A DNA stretch of 64,000 nt, taken from the NCBI GenBank assembly GCA_963848135.1, contig CAWKCK010000017.1:434001-498000 (forward strand), given 5' to 3'. This DNA comes from an uncultured delta proteobacterium (lineage in GTDB: Bacteria > Desulfobacterota > Desulfobacteria > Desulfobacterales > SG8-13). The notes beneath the pieces are model-generated. The model worked only from the letters and a program-made list of their open reading frames with translations, was not told the DNA's origin and did no database searches. Shown here in pieces: positions 62,873 through 64,000 of this stretch. Position 1 is the first letter of the stretch. Each line of letters opens with the position of its first letter. The translations under genes were made by a program, and so were the position numbers.

Positions 62873-64000
62873 ATGAAGATGAAAAATTACAACACAATCG
62901 ATTTAGGTAGACGGGTCATGATTTTGGTTGGGATATTGTCATGGATGGGTGGGCTTCTTGTAGGATGCGGCGGCAACAGTAGCACCGGAAGTGGTTACAT
63001 CCCCCTGGAGGGCAGCCGAAGCCCAAGCGCAGAGATAACTTTACCGGTAAACACCTTTTTCAATGAAGGCGAAAACATTGTCTTCAGCGGCTTAGGTTCA
63101 GATAGTGAAGGAGCCCAGCTCACTGACGACGCACTGGTGTGGACATCGAGTATCGATGGCATAATTGGTATCGGTTCAAACCTTATCACCAGTGCCTTGT
63201 CTTCTGGTGAACATGATATTTCCCTATCGGTGACCGATTCTATTGGTACGACATTCACTACGGGACCTGTAAATATCAGTGTGGAGTCGACCCGGTTTAT
63301 CAAAATGGGCTCTCAAACCGCAGGTGTCGTTGACGCGAACTATGCGTTTGATGGTGAACATGATACCGCGGCTATCATTACCACGGATATAACCGCATCT
63401 ATTAACTTTAAGGCATACATCTCCGGTGAAAATACATTCCTCTTTAAAATTAAACTGGGGACTTCGTCACTCGGATCAATTCTAAGTGTCGAGGGGCTGG
63501 TCACAGATGGAAACTGGCAATCGGTCAACGATATTGATCTGTTAGACGATAAGACCGTCACTGTCAAGGTTGTCGATGCACAGACTTACAAGGACGCTAA
63601 GGGATACATCAATTTGAGGGTGACTTTAGTGAATGGACAAAGTTCGGATAGCGTTCCCGTTTACGAATTTTGGCGAAGCGACTCTTTTTATGCTGGATCG
63701 GAGACCATTGGTGTTGATTATGTTGATCAGGCCTTCGATGGCAATCCATCTACGGCTGCCGCCATAACTGATCCACCGTTTTCGCTAAACGACGGTCCTT
63801 TCCTGCATTTCAAAACTTACTTGGGCTGGAGAGATTCCATTAACATCACGTTAAATGTATTGCTGAACAACCTCGGATCCCAACATTACATCCGCTTCTA
63901 TGTTGAAGATATAAAGACGGGAAACTTTATTTTTATAGAAGATGTGATCCTCAATACGAGTGAAGCTAGAGCCATTTCCATTCAAGATGCCCAAAATTAC
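62873..64000 (+). CDS. Large lipoprotein, partial (Ig/PKD-like domain plus repeated AFDG domains); absent from the ORF track
   Basis: Read by hand: MKMKNYNTIDLGRRVMILVGILSWMGGLLVGC.. open to the window end; WTSSIDG..LSSGEHDISLSVTD Ig-like motif. Confidence 0.85.
   Translation, partial: MKMKNYNTIDLGRRVMILVGILSWMGGLLVGCGGNSSTGSGYIPLEGSRSPSAEITLPVNTFFNEGENIVFSGLGSDSEGAQLTDDALVWTSSIDGIIGIGSNLITSALSSGEHDISLSVTDSIGTTFTTGPVNISVESTRFIKMGSQTAGVVDANYAFDGEHDTAAIITTDITASINFKAYISGENTFLFKIKLGTSSLGSILSVEGLVTDGNWQSVNDIDLLDDKTVTVKVVDAQTYKDAKGYINLRVTLVNGQSSDSVPVYEFWRSDSFYAGSETIGVDYVDQAFDGNPSTAAAITDPPFSLNDGPFLHFKTYLGWRDSINITLNVLLNNLGSQHYIRFYVEDIKTGNFIFIEDVILNTSEARAISIQDAQNY

Noticed and set aside
62855..62875. 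Sigma54 promoter before the last lipoprotein (TGGCAG..ATGC); also TGGCAT near 2026
   Set aside because: GG-N10-GC spacing not satisfied

Overview
64 kb of a bacterial chromosome. Gene content (DsrE-like sulfurtransferase, TauE, DUF3124, DUF4136, choice-of-anchor-type surface protein, XRE-cupin regulator) suggests an anaerobic deltaproteobacterium (Desulfobacterales-like); this is inference. Positions 1-53.6 kb are mostly metabolic and transport genes: hemD end, moaA, lhgO, csp, pyk-gpmA-pgi, two orphan amino-acid binding proteins, two RND efflux systems, a long minus-strand mixed cluster, crcB-DUF190 and an acyl-CoA dehydrogenase. From about 53.6 kb the DNA is visibly more AT-rich and carries a solitary DUF4338 (DruA/Mom-like) gene behind a duplicated promoter, then an exopolysaccharide export locus (O-antigen-ligase-like, TPR/carbohydrate-binding protein, Wzc, a Gly12-SVSPSSP-tailed protein, Wza, a repeat lipoprotein). 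Other notable items: a sigma54-driven surface protein with five 231-bp repeats and a GGGGCFI-TM sorting tail, two MITE-like or structured intergenic elements, a 33-bp duplication of an RBS plus start codon, and several genes broken by single-base indels that look like long-read consensus errors. No rRNA, tRNA or CRISPR array was seen. All family calls are from motif recognition, not database searches.
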